Part shown: positions 28,433 to 36,935 of the stretch, in pieces
Numbering within the stretch: position 1 is the first letter of the stretch
Layout: each line of letters starts with the position of its first letter
Sequence record: MN106245.1
DNA: 64,000 nt
Strand: one strand, 5' to 3'
Source: Klebsiella phage EI
Notes under the pieces: model-generated
What the model saw: the letters and a program-made list of their open reading frames with translations, nothing else
Database searches by the model: none
What the model was told of the DNA's origin: nothing
Translations under genes and position numbers: made by a program

Positions 28433-29118
28433 CCTTCCATAGGGAACTCAAGATAAACCTGAGCATTCACTCGGATTTCGTTCGTAATTTTCTTAACGCG
28501 GTCAGTATTGCGGGAGACTCGTCCGAACCAGCGCCAGCCGTTAAGAACCGCTTTAGAACCAGTGTGCCAGGTATCATGGTTGAATTGAAGAAGTGTACGG
28601 TCCGGAGCTTCCCATTGCTTAAGTGTACCTTCTTCGATGTGACGTAAGACTTCTGGATGCAAGTGTTTGTAGACCGTAGCACCTTCAGGAACTTCAGAAA
28701 ACTCAGCCACACCAGTAGCAAAATGAGTGGGACAAATATAGGCATTAGCAAGACCAATAATATGCTCGGCACGATAGCGAGGGTTGTCATAATCAGGTTG
28801 ACCCGCAGTTAAGAAATGTTGACCGGCCGGAATATCAGGACGCGGTACGTCATCGTGGTGATAACCTGGAATAGCAGGATACCAGCCAGGCATCAGCATG
28901 TGGATACGAGTGTCAATTACTAAATCAGGTCCGCACTGCCAATCTTCTGGAAGGTTTTCAATAAAGCTACGAGTGATAGGACCGCCATGTTTCCAGGCAA
29001 AATACACATCACAGTTAAAGAACATTGTTTCATTTTTGATCACTTCGTTGGAAATACCCATAGCGAAACGACCTACATCTTTGGCTTGGCTGTTAAAAGT
29101 TTTTGGACCGTTCATAAT
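28426..29118 (-). CDS. putative 2OG-Fe(II) oxygenase-like (cupin) protein
   Basis: about 230 aa from MNGPKTF; HHDD...H...RWFGRVS resembles HxD...H...RxS triad; weak. Confidence 0.3.
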   Translation of the reverse strand: MMNGPKTFNSQAKDVGRFAMGISNEVIKNETMFFNCDVYFAWKHGGPITRSFIENLPEDWQCGPDLVIDTRIHMLMPGWYPAIPGYHHDDVPRPDIPAGQHFLTAGQPDYDNPRYRAEHIIGLANAYICPTHFATGVAEFSEVPEGATVYKHLHPEVLRHIEEGTLKQWEAPDRTLLQFNHDTWHTGSKAVLNGWRWFGRVSRNTDRVKKITNEIRVNAQVYLEFPMEGW

Positions 29119-29138
29119 ATTTTTCTCTCTAGTGTGGG

Positions 29139-29177
29139 TGTAGGAGTATAGTAACACGTTCCTACAGCTGTGTAAAC
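29139..29177 (-). promoter_or_regulatory. early-promoter-like module
   Basis: gtgtaggagtatagtaacacgttcctacagctgtgtaaac with dyad. Confidence 0.45.
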
Positions 29178-29179
29178 AC

Positions 29180-29584
29180 TTATCGCAAATCTTTTGCAAA
29201 GCCTAACGCAAGTTCACGTTCGCGGAGAGCTAATTCACGCTCTTTGAGTTCCAGTTCTTTCTTGCGGACCTTATATTCTTCTTTGTCAAGCCGTTTACCT
29301 TTGGCATCCATCTTATTAGTTGCTTCTAGCTTCAGATGATAACACCAACGCAGTATCCAGTAAACTACCGTACATGCTACTACGCAAAGACTAATAAACC
29401 AGACTTGTGGTAGCAATAAAGTTGAAACAAAAATTAAAAGCCCGTTAAACGTTAAAACACCAAATCCTACTGAAGTAATCGCCATAACTAAAAGATATAA
29501 AAAGAACTTCTCCTGTTTATAAAGATTCCCGCTATTGGTCCAGTACAAATATAATGCTTTAGTAATCATCTTGGGTTCTGCCAT
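29180..29584 (-). CDS. membrane protein with C-terminal coiled-coil
   Basis: 134 aa, TM helices then ELELKERELALRERELAL repeat. Confidence 0.4.
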   Translation of the reverse strand: MAEPKMITKALYLYWTNSGNLYKQEKFFLYLLVMAITSVGFGVLTFNGLLIFVSTLLLPQVWFISLCVVACTVVYWILRWCYHLKLEATNKMDAKGKRLDKEEYKVRKKELELKERELALRERELALGFAKDLR

Positions 29585-29702
29585 GTAATTTTATCGGCTT
29601 GACAATAGCGAACATGCTCTACAAAGTAATTGTTGCTATTGTACCTGATTCTAATGACCTGCCCACACTTGGGGCAGGTTTTTTCTGTAAACGGCTTAGG
29701 CA

Positions 29703-30665
29703 TCATTTCTGAAACGGCAGAATCAAATGCTCATTTTTGTGAAAGCGATCAATATAATCGTTCACACCCAGAGTTTTGTACATATGAACTACCTTATGGT
29801 AGTTCTCCCAAGCGTATTCACGGAACCAGCCTGAAGTAATCGACGTACACACTTTCTCAAGAGCCATCATGAAGGAATGCTCAGAACTTACATTCTGGAA
29901 GTTATTAGGGACCTGAGAACGCTCCAAGGCCAAGACACAGGTTTCTTCGTAAACGCCGGCCAGTTTAATAGCCTCTGGTAGCGACTCGAACTTCTCGCGA
30001 GAAGTCATGACTTCAGAGCCATCTTTCATGTAGAAAGTATAAGCGGGACGGTCTGCCAGAGCTACAGCCCGGTGGATGCTGTCATGGTCAAGCGTATAAA
30101 TGGTATCATTAAAGAACGTACTTTTGTTCACATCCAGCTTAGGATGGTTGTAGTTCAGAGTTTCTTTCTGACGAAGGAGCATAATCTCTTCCATAGCCAA
30201 AGAGAGTTTAACCCCTTTGTTACGCAAGAAGCGAATATGATGCATTGTTTTACGGAAGAATGGGTTATTCTTTTTGAAACGATGGCTCATTTTGATAGCC
30301 AAGCACATTTCTGGAGTAGCCCAGTAAAATCCAGAAATATTGTCCTTAGTGAGGAACTCTTCAGAATAACGTAAGAGTTCAAAGCTCGAAGTGAAATCCT
30401 CTGGTAGCATCTTATTAACTTCCTGGCGGATTCGAGTAATAGAAGGAACGATATATGCTTCAAAGTGAGTTTCACGGCCATTATGCATGCATTTGAATGC
30501 ACGTACATCAGGATTATTGACTGCTACTTCAATACCTAACATTTGGGCCTTAAAGGCATTCCAAGAACCTTGATCTGCGATGAAGTCCCAATCGCTGTTT
30601 TTGATGTCATCGTAACCGATAAGACCGTGGTGTTCAAGAGCGCGAGAACCGATAACTAGCATCAT
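29703..30665 (-). CDS. hypothetical protein
   Basis: 320 aa ORF, no motif recognised. Confidence 0.5.
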   Translation of the reverse strand: MMLVIGSRALEHHGLIGYDDIKNSDWDFIADQGSWNAFKAQMLGIEVAVNNPDVRAFKCMHNGRETHFEAYIVPSITRIRQEVNKMLPEDFTSSFELLRYSEEFLTKDNISGFYWATPEMCLAIKMSHRFKKNNPFFRKTMHHIRFLRNKGVKLSLAMEEIMLLRQKETLNYNHPKLDVNKSTFFNDTIYTLDHDSIHRAVALADRPAYTFYMKDGSEVMTSREKFESLPEAIKLAGVYEETCVLALERSQVPNNFQNVSSEHSFMMALEKVCTSITSGWFREYAWENYHKVVHMYKTLGVNDYIDRFHKNEHLILPFQK

Positions 30666-31042
30666 AATATTTTCCTCAGTTGGTTTGTAGGAGCATTATA
30701 CTGATTTTTAAGGCGGTTGTAAACTCTTTTACGGCATAAAGCTAAAAACATTTCATGCTCTGAAGGAGGCTCTTTCCAACGCTGTTCTTCAAAGTCGTAG
30801 ATTAGAACGGGAAGAGATGTACCACGCAGAACAGGATACTGGTCATGCATATCGTATAGTAGTTTACGACCTATAGACATATGTTCTAAGGCTCTTGAAA
30901 TCTCTCCAGCCCAATTGAACAGATTCAGACATAGGTTGTGGTGCTTATCTCTTTCCCACCAATGGATATACCCGTTCTTATGGAACGGGGTTTGAGTTTC
31001 GATACAGTAATCAACAGTCAAGTGAGCTACTCTGCCAGCCAA
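30662..31042 (-). CDS. hypothetical protein
   Basis: 126 aa ORF. Confidence 0.4.
   Translation of the reverse strand: MAGRVAHLTVDYCIETQTPFHKNGYIHWWERDKHHNLCLNLFNWAGEISRALEHMSIGRKLLYDMHDQYPVLRGTSLPVLIYDFEEQRWKEPPSEHEMFLALCRKRVYNRLKNQYNAPTNQLRKIL
30668..30725 (-). promoter_or_regulatory. early-promoter-like module
   Basis: tttgtaggagcattatact...gttgtaaac. Confidence 0.4.
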
Positions 31043-31197
31043 GGATTGAAATATTATTGTAGCCTACTTGAACAGCGCTATGAATATTCAGGCCACTTCG
31101 GTCGTCGAAGTAAATATCGACATTTTCATTTTCTTCTGCACAAAGCTGGAACAGATTTTCCAGAGCAGCTTTGGCAATGCGTACAGCACAATCTAAT

Positions 31198-31482
31198 TCA
31201 CGAGACATGTTTACCTCTGCAATATTTGATGAAGCGGTTAATTTCAGCTTCAGTGATTTGTTGGTTTTCTACTATGATCCATTCACCGTCAATGAATTTA
31301 GCATCAGGATAAGTGAATCCATCTAATTCTTGGATAAGCTTTTCATAAAGATATGCGGCCGCTTTTACCTTTTCACGAACAGTGTACTGGGTGTACAGCA
31401 TATGCAAATACGCTACAGAACAAGTGCTTTCGAAGCCATGTTCATTTTGGTAATGCAAATAGCAATTTTTAACGAAAATCAT
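31198..31482 (-). CDS. hypothetical protein (start refined to MIFVKN)
   Basis: ORF to 31503 overlaps promoter module. Confidence 0.35.
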   Translation of the reverse strand: MIFVKNCYLHYQNEHGFESTCSVAYLHMLYTQYTVREKVKAAAYLYEKLIQELDGFTYPDAKFIDGEWIIVENQQITEAEINRFIKYCRGKHVS

Positions 31483-31530
31483 TGTTCCTCCTGTAAGGGT
31501 CACTATAACATGACCCTTAGTGAATGTAAA

Positions 31531-31767
31531 CTAGCAGTTCTGCATAGAGCTGGAATACCAGAAGCCTTGGTCGTGAGGCAGATAGTTATCATCACGAATC
31601 CATTTGTAGCTTTCCCACTCATCAGAGGTTACAGGGATATACTCTTCATTGCCAGCGCAGAAATGCTCGCCCGTTGCTTCTGCCATAGCTTCACCTTCAG
31701 AGATCAGTTTAGAAATGGCTTGTTCGACATCGCGGATTGTTCCAAGCTTAAATTCTGCTTTAATCAT
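31531..31767 (-). CDS. SSxC-tail small protein family member A
   Basis: 78 aa, C-terminal FWYSSSMQNC. Confidence 0.45.
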   Translation of the reverse strand: MIKAEFKLGTIRDVEQAISKLISEGEAMAEATGEHFCAGNEEYIPVTSDEWESYKWIRDDNYLPHDQGFWYSSSMQNC

Positions 31768-31776
31768 TTTATTTCC

Positions 31777-32031
31777 TTAACAAGAGCTAGGATGCCAAAT
31801 ACGACCATCTGCTTCTACATTAAATTCACGTCCAGCTTCTTCGCCATAACAAGAACTGTTCAGCCAATCTTCGAAACGAATAGAACCGTCGTAGGTGTCA
31901 AATTCAATACCGAAGTTCTGTTCACTAGCCATTTTAGAAACTTTGTTAAACAGGATAGCCAGTTCTTTTGCAGCTGCTTCTAATTCGGTTACATTACTCA
32001 TTTTTAACATTCCATAGATGAAGAGACCCAA
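31777..32031 (-). CDS. SSxC-tail small protein family member B
   Basis: 84 aa, C-terminal RIWHPSSC. Confidence 0.45.
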   Translation of the reverse strand: MGLFIYGMLKMSNVTELEAAAKELAILFNKVSKMASEQNFGIEFDTYDGSIRFEDWLNSSCYGEEAGREFNVEADGRIWHPSSC

Positions 32032-32285
32032 CCACCTGTTTCAAGGCTCGTGTAGTACTCGTGTTGATTAACGGTAGCCCATGAAGGATTACCTTGTTCA
32101 GTGTACTGCTCAAGTTCTTTCTTTAAGAAACCTGGCGAATAATAAGTACCGCCCATACCGTAAGCAGGACTAATAGTGAATTCAGTATTATAGCGATCTG
32201 CTACAACTTTAGCATGACGAATCGCATCATTAATAGCTTCAACCGCTTTAGCCATTTCTTCCTTAGGATTTCGTTTCATTAGCAC
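32004..32285 (-). CDS. SSxC-tail small protein family member C
   Basis: 93 aa, C-terminal GGWVSSSMEC; overlaps B start. Confidence 0.45.
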   Translation of the reverse strand: MLMKRNPKEEMAKAVEAINDAIRHAKVVADRYNTEFTISPAYGMGGTYYSPGFLKKELEQYTEQGNPSWATVNQHEYYTSLETGGWVSSSMEC

Positions 32286-32530
32286 ATCTCACTAGATGAA
32301 ACCCATGCGCCTTCAACCGTTTTACCGTTTTCGTCAAGGTCTACATCATAGCACTGGCAATAGTATTCAAGACCGTAGTCTTCAGCACTAGTACCTTTAG
32401 GGTAATATGTGCGGCCGTTACCATATTCACCTGTACTAAATGATACACCCATTTCGTCAGCGATAGCTTCTGCTTCAGCTTCGATCTGTTCAGTCAGGCC
32501 CATGACAGCCTTAATAGCTTCTCGTAAAGA

Positions 32531-33294
32531 GCACACGTCTGAACTCCAGTCACGAGTGGATATCTCGTATGCCGTCTTCTGCTTGAAAAAAAAAAGAATT
32601 TAAATATTTCGAGGATATTTGCATATCCATAGAGGACATATATAAAACAAGAGAAACATATACACCGTTCTATGATGATAGAGCTGATTATAATACTAAT
32701 TCAAAATCGTATTATGATTATGTTTCAAATCTATCAAAACTGATTGAAGTATTGGCACGTCGTATTTGGGAATATGACGGTGAATTAAAAAAACGTTTCA
32801 AAAATTGGGACGATTTAATGAAAAAATTTCCAGATGACGCTAAAGAATTATTTAGAGGATGGTTAAACGACGGTACGATTGATAAAATCATTCATGACGA
32901 GTTTACAAAATATTCTGCTGGACTAACTTCAGCTTTTGCTGTATTTAAAATTGCTGAAATGAAACAAATGAATGATTTTAAAGCAGAAGTTAAAGACTTA
33001 ATTAAAGATATTGACCGTTTCGTTAATGGGTTTGAATTAAATGAGCTTGAACCAAAGTTTGTGATGGGCTTTGGTGGTATTCGCAACGCAGTTAACCAAT
33101 CTATTAATATTGATAAAGAAACAAATCATATTTATACAACACAATCAGACTCACAATCTCCAGAGGGTTTTTGGATAAATAAATTAACCCCTAGCGGTGA
33201 CTTACTTTCAAGTATGCGTATAGTACAAGGTGGCCACGGTACAACAGTAGGTTTAGAAAGACAATCAAACGGTGAAATGAAAATACCATTTGTT
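32531..33294 (+). other. AT-rich inserted segment bounded by 51-bp direct repeats
   Basis: repeat copies at 32479-32529 and 33296-33346; composition visibly lower GC; only plus-strand coding in a minus-strand region. Confidence 0.5.
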
Positions 33295-33357
33295 TCAGCT
33301 TCGATCTGTTCAGTCAGGCCCATGACAGCCTTAATAGCTTCTCGTGCTGATTTATAA
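32752..33357 (+). CDS. hypothetical ORF carried on the insertion (TTG start, no in-frame ATG)
   Basis: about 200 aa open frame in AT-rich DNA; runs into the repeat; may be a 5'-truncated fragment. Confidence 0.3.
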   Translation: MARRIWEYDGELKKRFKNWDDLMKKFPDDAKELFRGWLNDGTIDKIIHDEFTKYSAGLTSAFAVFKIAEMKQMNDFKAEVKDLIKDIDRFVNGFELNELEPKFVMGFGGIRNAVNQSINIDKETNHIYTTQSDSQSPEGFWINKLTPSGDLLSSMRIVQGGHGTTVGLERQSNGEMKIPFVSASICSVRPMTALIASRADL

Positions 33358-33397
33358 TCATTGTATTCAGGAACTTCTACTTCAAAAGTATATTTGC

Positions 33398-33763
33398 TCA
33401 TTTTCTCATCTCTTTTAAGAAAGCTAAGGTTTCATCTCTGGAATCAAGAAGGCGCTGTTCTGCATTTTCTTTTTCCCACTCTTTTACTTCTTTTCGGTAA
33501 TTATACATATGTTTTAATTTAGCACAGCCATTAATGACATACGGTATAGCCATAATAGGGAATCCAAAAGAAAACCCAGTTACTATCATGATCAAAATTG
33601 ATAGTACAGACATCTCAGCATCCATTTCATTAATCATGAATGCCGGATAAAATATCATAGCACACAGACCTATAGTAAGTCCTGCCAGTATAAACAAGAA
33701 CTTGTCTGTAATTACCTTTGCATAACCCCAGTCAATAGGTTTATTGCGATAGTATCTAGCCAT
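33398..33763 (-). CDS. membrane protein
   Basis: 121 aa, two TM helices. Confidence 0.4.
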   Translation of the reverse strand: MARYYRNKPIDWGYAKVITDKFLFILAGLTIGLCAMIFYPAFMINEMDAEMSVLSILIMIVTGFSFGFPIMAIPYVINGCAKLKHMYNYRKEVKEWEKENAEQRLLDSRDETLAFLKEMRK

Positions 33764-34325
33764 TTACTGCCTCACGACAATGTTTGATGAACTCTTCTAC
33801 AACGATCTGCTTTGCTAATTCAGGGTTCTGGCTGAACTCATAGATCTCTGGCGACAGTACAGTTCTAAGATAAGTGCGCCGTTCACTATAGTACCCTTGT
33901 CCAGGCATATTAGTATAGTTAGGGTTGCAAAGTAAAGAAACCGTGTAAATTTTACCTTCAATCATAAATTCTAAGACAAAAGCAAAATGGTCCTCGTTTT
34001 TAGATAAAAACTTTGCCTTATCTCTCGCGTAAGAGAACCAATGCTCATTATCATCATTGTACGCGTAGATGCTGTATTCAAGTTGATAGATTCCTTCGAT
34101 ACGAGCACCATTATAACGACGGCTGAATTCCAGCACGATTTCTTTTATAAACTTAGTATTGGCCAGCATAATGGCAGGTGGGTATTTTTTGTTGTTATGG
34201 CTTCCACGGGTCTGCAAAAAATTATTTTCAGAGCAACGGTCTTGCATATATGGCATCAAAAGCTCAATAGCTTTTTCAGGGATACCTTTTTCACGCAGTG
34301 CTTCAACTTGTAATCTTTTAGACAT
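33756..34325 (-). CDS. hypothetical protein
   Basis: 189 aa ORF. Confidence 0.45.
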   Translation of the reverse strand: MSKRLQVEALREKGIPEKAIELLMPYMQDRCSENNFLQTRGSHNNKKYPPAIMLANTKFIKEIVLEFSRRYNGARIEGIYQLEYSIYAYNDDNEHWFSYARDKAKFLSKNEDHFAFVLEFMIEGKIYTVSLLCNPNYTNMPGQGYYSERRTYLRTVLSPEIYEFSQNPELAKQIVVEEFIKHCREAVNG

Positions 34326-34342
34326 AGTATTATCCTCTATTA

Positions 34343-34366
34343 TCCCAATAAGAGGGCCGAAGCCCT
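34343..34366 (-). terminator. terminator-like hairpin (AGAGGGCCGAAGCCCTCT)
   Basis: GC hairpin after the 34374 stop. Confidence 0.35.
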
Positions 34367-34373
34367 CTTCGCA

Positions 34374-34967
34374 TTACTTCAGAGAAGCCAGGTATTCCTG
34401 AACATCTGCAGTTGTGGTGGTAGTACCAGGTTCAGCACCGTTAAAGGTTTCAACCTTCATAGTGATGTCGTCGACAGATACTTTAGCCAGAGAAGCCAGT
34501 TCGATCACATCGTCGGCAGAGCTAATACCAAGATCAGCAGCAGAGCGAGTTTCACGGATGTATTCGAGCTTAACAGCCAGGTCCAGACGAGCATCGTCCA
34601 ACTCAACTACTTTACGTTCGATTTCTTCACGCATACCTGCATAACCAGCAGCTTTTTCACGCAGGGCCGCGGCAGTTCGACGATACAGAAGACCAAGCTT
34701 AGCGTGTGTTTCCACGTTCATGTTTTCAGCGATCAGACGACGAATTTCTTTTTCTTTCGATTCAGCCAGTTTATCTTTTTCGATGGCCAGAGCCAAGATA
34801 CGTTTCTCTTCATTGACAGACTTAACATGAGAAACACGAAGCTGCGTGATTTTGTCAATCAGGATGTTCGCCGCTTCAGTATACTGGTCTTCAACAGTAG
34901 TATTTTTAGCAACAAAGGTACCCAGTTTAGCACGGATGAATGCAACCAGTTTTTTCAGAATAGCCAT
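34374..34967 (-). CDS. PspA/IM30 (Vipp1)-like coiled-coil protein
   Basis: 197 aa; [19 protein letters not shown] start resembles PspA [19 protein letters not shown]; all-helical. Confidence 0.5.
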   Translation of the reverse strand: MAILKKLVAFIRAKLGTFVAKNTTVEDQYTEAANILIDKITQLRVSHVKSVNEEKRILALAIEKDKLAESKEKEIRRLIAENMNVETHAKLGLLYRRTAAALREKAAGYAGMREEIERKVVELDDARLDLAVKLEYIRETRSAADLGISSADDVIELASLAKVSVDDITMKVETFNGAEPGTTTTTADVQEYLASLK

Positions 34968-35010
34968 TGTATTTTCCTTTCAGTGTGTAAAAAATTAAAT
35001 TATCCCGTTT

Positions 35011-35049
35011 GTGTAGGAGATCATAACACGTCTCCTACACACTGTAAAC
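35011..35049 (-). promoter_or_regulatory. early-promoter-like module
   Basis: gtgtaggagatcataacacgtctcctacacactgtaaac (perfect dyad). Confidence 0.5.
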
Positions 35050-35285
35050 TACTTATAAGTTTCGATAACTTCTTCCATAAAATCTATAGCAGCTGTTTCA
35101 ATAATACGAGACAACGCCGGATCGCCGCCATAAGTCTGCATGTTAGACAAAATGATATTTTCTAATGAACGTAAAGCTGACAAACGCTCTTCACCTGACG
35201 GGAAATTAGGTGTTTTGCCAAACAGACCACCGAAAGATTTAAAATACTTTTGCGCTATTACTTTAGCTTTATCAGGATAATGCAT
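35049..35285 (-). CDS. hypothetical protein
   Basis: 78 aa ORF. Confidence 0.4.
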   Translation of the reverse strand: MHYPDKAKVIAQKYFKSFGGLFGKTPNFPSGEERLSALRSLENIILSNMQTYGGDPALSRIIETAAIDFMEEVIETYK

Positions 35286-35346
35286 TATGTTTTCCTCAAT
35301 TGTGTGATGTGTCTATAGTAACACACCCTCTAGAAAAGTAAACACC

Positions 35347-35649
35347 TTATTTCATATTTTTGTAGATGAATTCTTCAAGAGCTTCTGTAATTGCTTCACC
35401 GACGTAAACGTCGAACAGAGAATCGCTGTATCCATCTTCATCTTCCCAGGAAGCAGCGCCAGCACGGAAGCCTTCCATACATGCTTTCCAGGCGCTTTGG
35501 TATAATGGTTCTGAACAGTTTCTTACAATCAGGTCAGCGTATTGCAGGACCCAAGAAGCTGGTAGAAATTCAGTAACTTCGTTGAAGTCAATAAAATCTT
35601 GACTCTCGAAGAGAGATGCCGGGTATCCGGCAGTAATATTACGTCTCAT
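35347..35649 (-). CDS. hypothetical acidic protein
   Basis: 100 aa ORF. Confidence 0.4.
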   Translation of the reverse strand: MRRNITAGYPASLFESQDFIDFNEVTEFLPASWVLQYADLIVRNCSEPLYQSAWKACMEGFRAGAASWEDEDGYSDSLFDVYVGEAITEALEEFIYKNMK

Positions 35650-35888
35650 GATTTCACCTTGATAAATTCAATTCGTTCAATTTTGTCTGAATTGTACTTA
35701 ATAAGACCTATCAATTCGTGACGAGTTTCATGTTGTGCAGTCCAGTTTGCACAAGCAAAGTATCTAGAACCATCTTCTAATTGACCGATCACCGCCTCAG
35801 AATGACCGCCTTCTTTCCAGTGAATCAGACAGCAACCCAGCGGGATTTCGCGATCAGAATTAGTTTCAAACGTTTTGGTAATTTTCAT
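35646..35888 (-). CDS. hypothetical protein
   Basis: 80 aa ORF. Confidence 0.4.
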   Translation of the reverse strand: MKITKTFETNSDREIPLGCCLIHWKEGGHSEAVIGQLEDGSRYFACANWTAQHETRHELIGLIKYNSDKIERIEFIKVKS

Positions 35889-36078
35889 TCTACTTCCTCA
35901 ACATCAGCCCAGAATTCGTCAACAGTATACGTCTCATCGTCATCAGCAATAAAGAAGCCTTTAGATGAATCAATAGTATCTACAGCGTTATACTCGCTTG
36001 ATTCGGAAACACGAATCAGTTGTTGGCCGTTAGGCAGGACAAATTTCTCACCATCTTCAACATCTTTAAAAAATTTCA
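35885..36078 (-). CDS. hypothetical small protein (start refined to MKFFKDVEDG)
   Basis: ORF to 36208 overlaps promoter module. Confidence 0.35.
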
Positions 36079-36095
36079 TAATCACCTCATGTTTG

Positions 36096-36134
36096 TGTAG
36101 GAGTACTATACCACGTTCTTTTGAGTGTGTAAAC
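36096..36134 (-). promoter_or_regulatory. early-promoter-like module
   Basis: gtgtaggagtactatacc...gtgtgtaaac. Confidence 0.45.
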
Positions 36135-36453
36135 TGGTAATCTAAATGCCCGAAAGGGTTCCCATTTCTGAGAACCCTTTCTTCTCGGCTCTGATGACTT
36201 GGATGCACCCAGAGGTCATTCGCCAGCCTTACGTCTTCGAGTGCAATTCTAGGACGTCATTCTTTATTCTACGATGTAATCTTCAACAACATAAGTGCTG
36301 TAAGAATTCATCTTGGACATTTCGTCAGCGTATTCGTTTGCAGCTTCTTCAGATGCAAAGATTTTCCTAGGCAGAGAATACTCATTATACCCGTACTCGA
36401 CGTTCCAATTTTCTTCTACTACGACGTAAACTTTCATATTTTCCTCATAAATT

Positions 36454-36530
36454 TGGTGCCGGTTGACGGAATCGAACCGCCGACCTTCTCATTACAAGTG
36501 AGTTGCTCTACCTACTGAGCTAAACCGGCA
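36454..36530 (-). tRNA. tRNA-Thr (anticodon UGU), CCA encoded
   Basis: cloverleaf by hand, T-loop TTCGATT, anticodon loop cuUGUaa. Confidence 0.7.
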
Positions 36531-36534
36531 TAAG

Positions 36535-36610
36535 ACGGAAATAAGGATTCGAACCTTATGTAGTTGCACAGACGTATCTGCCGTTGAATTCCTCACTAAG
36601 TTTAAGCAAC
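36535..36610 (-). tRNA. tRNA-like gene, isotype unresolved
   Basis: canonical T-arm (TAAGG-TTCGAAT-CCTTA) but acceptor/anticodon pairing not resolved by hand. Confidence 0.35.
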
Positions 36611-36628
36611 TATTCCCAGGTCTTAATT

Positions 36629-36713
36629 TGGTGCACCGAGAGGGATTCGAACCCTCAATCCTTGCGGCGTAGCATTTTAAGTGCTATGTGTATACCAGTT
36701 CCACCATCGATGC
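36629..36713 (-). tRNA. tRNA-Leu (anticodon UAA), class II
   Basis: 85 nt, CCA encoded, long variable arm, loop cuUAAaa. Confidence 0.7.
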
Positions 36714-36717
36714 GAAT

Positions 36718-36794
36718 TGGTCGAGACAGAAGGATTCGAACCTTCGACCTGCGGATTAGAAGTCCGCTGCTCTATCCAGCTGAGCTATGTCCCG
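36718..36794 (-). tRNA. tRNA-Arg (anticodon UCU)
   Basis: 77 nt, D-arm GCTCAGCTGGATAGAGC, loop cuUCUaa, CCA encoded. Confidence 0.75.
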
Positions 36795-36802
36795 AGAATG
36801 TT

Positions 36803-36925
36803 CAGACAGGACTTGAACCTGTACGCTTAGGTCTGTTGCACCGGTTTCCGCCTTACTCACCTGGGTACCAACCAGGGTTTCAAACAAGCTATTCCGGTCG
36901 TGTCTACCGATTTCACCACTGAACA
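36803..36925 (-). ncRNA. 123-nt tRNA-like small stable RNA
   Basis: class-II-like 5' D-arm and 3' T-arm/acceptor that pair as a 7-bp acceptor stem but are 123 nt apart; adjacent to tRNA-Arg. Confidence 0.45.
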
Positions 36926-36935
36926 TTTAATAAGT

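Larger units (their letters stand above)
32279..33401 (-). pseudogene. SSxC-tail family member D, split by insertion
   Basis: N-terminal part 33290-33401 and C-terminal part 32279-32536 (GAWVSSSEMC) share REAIKAVMGLTEQIEAE across a 51-bp direct repeat. Confidence 0.5.

Noticed and set aside
29630-29839. 69-aa plus-strand ORF at the 3' end of 29703-30665
   Set aside because: It overlaps the C-terminus of a 320-aa minus-strand ORF and lies in the intergenic hairpin region. It is unlikely to be coding.
36584-36922. 112-aa plus-strand ORF across the lower tRNA cluster
   Set aside because: It is antisense to four tRNA genes. It is an artefact of stop-codon-poor tRNA sequence.
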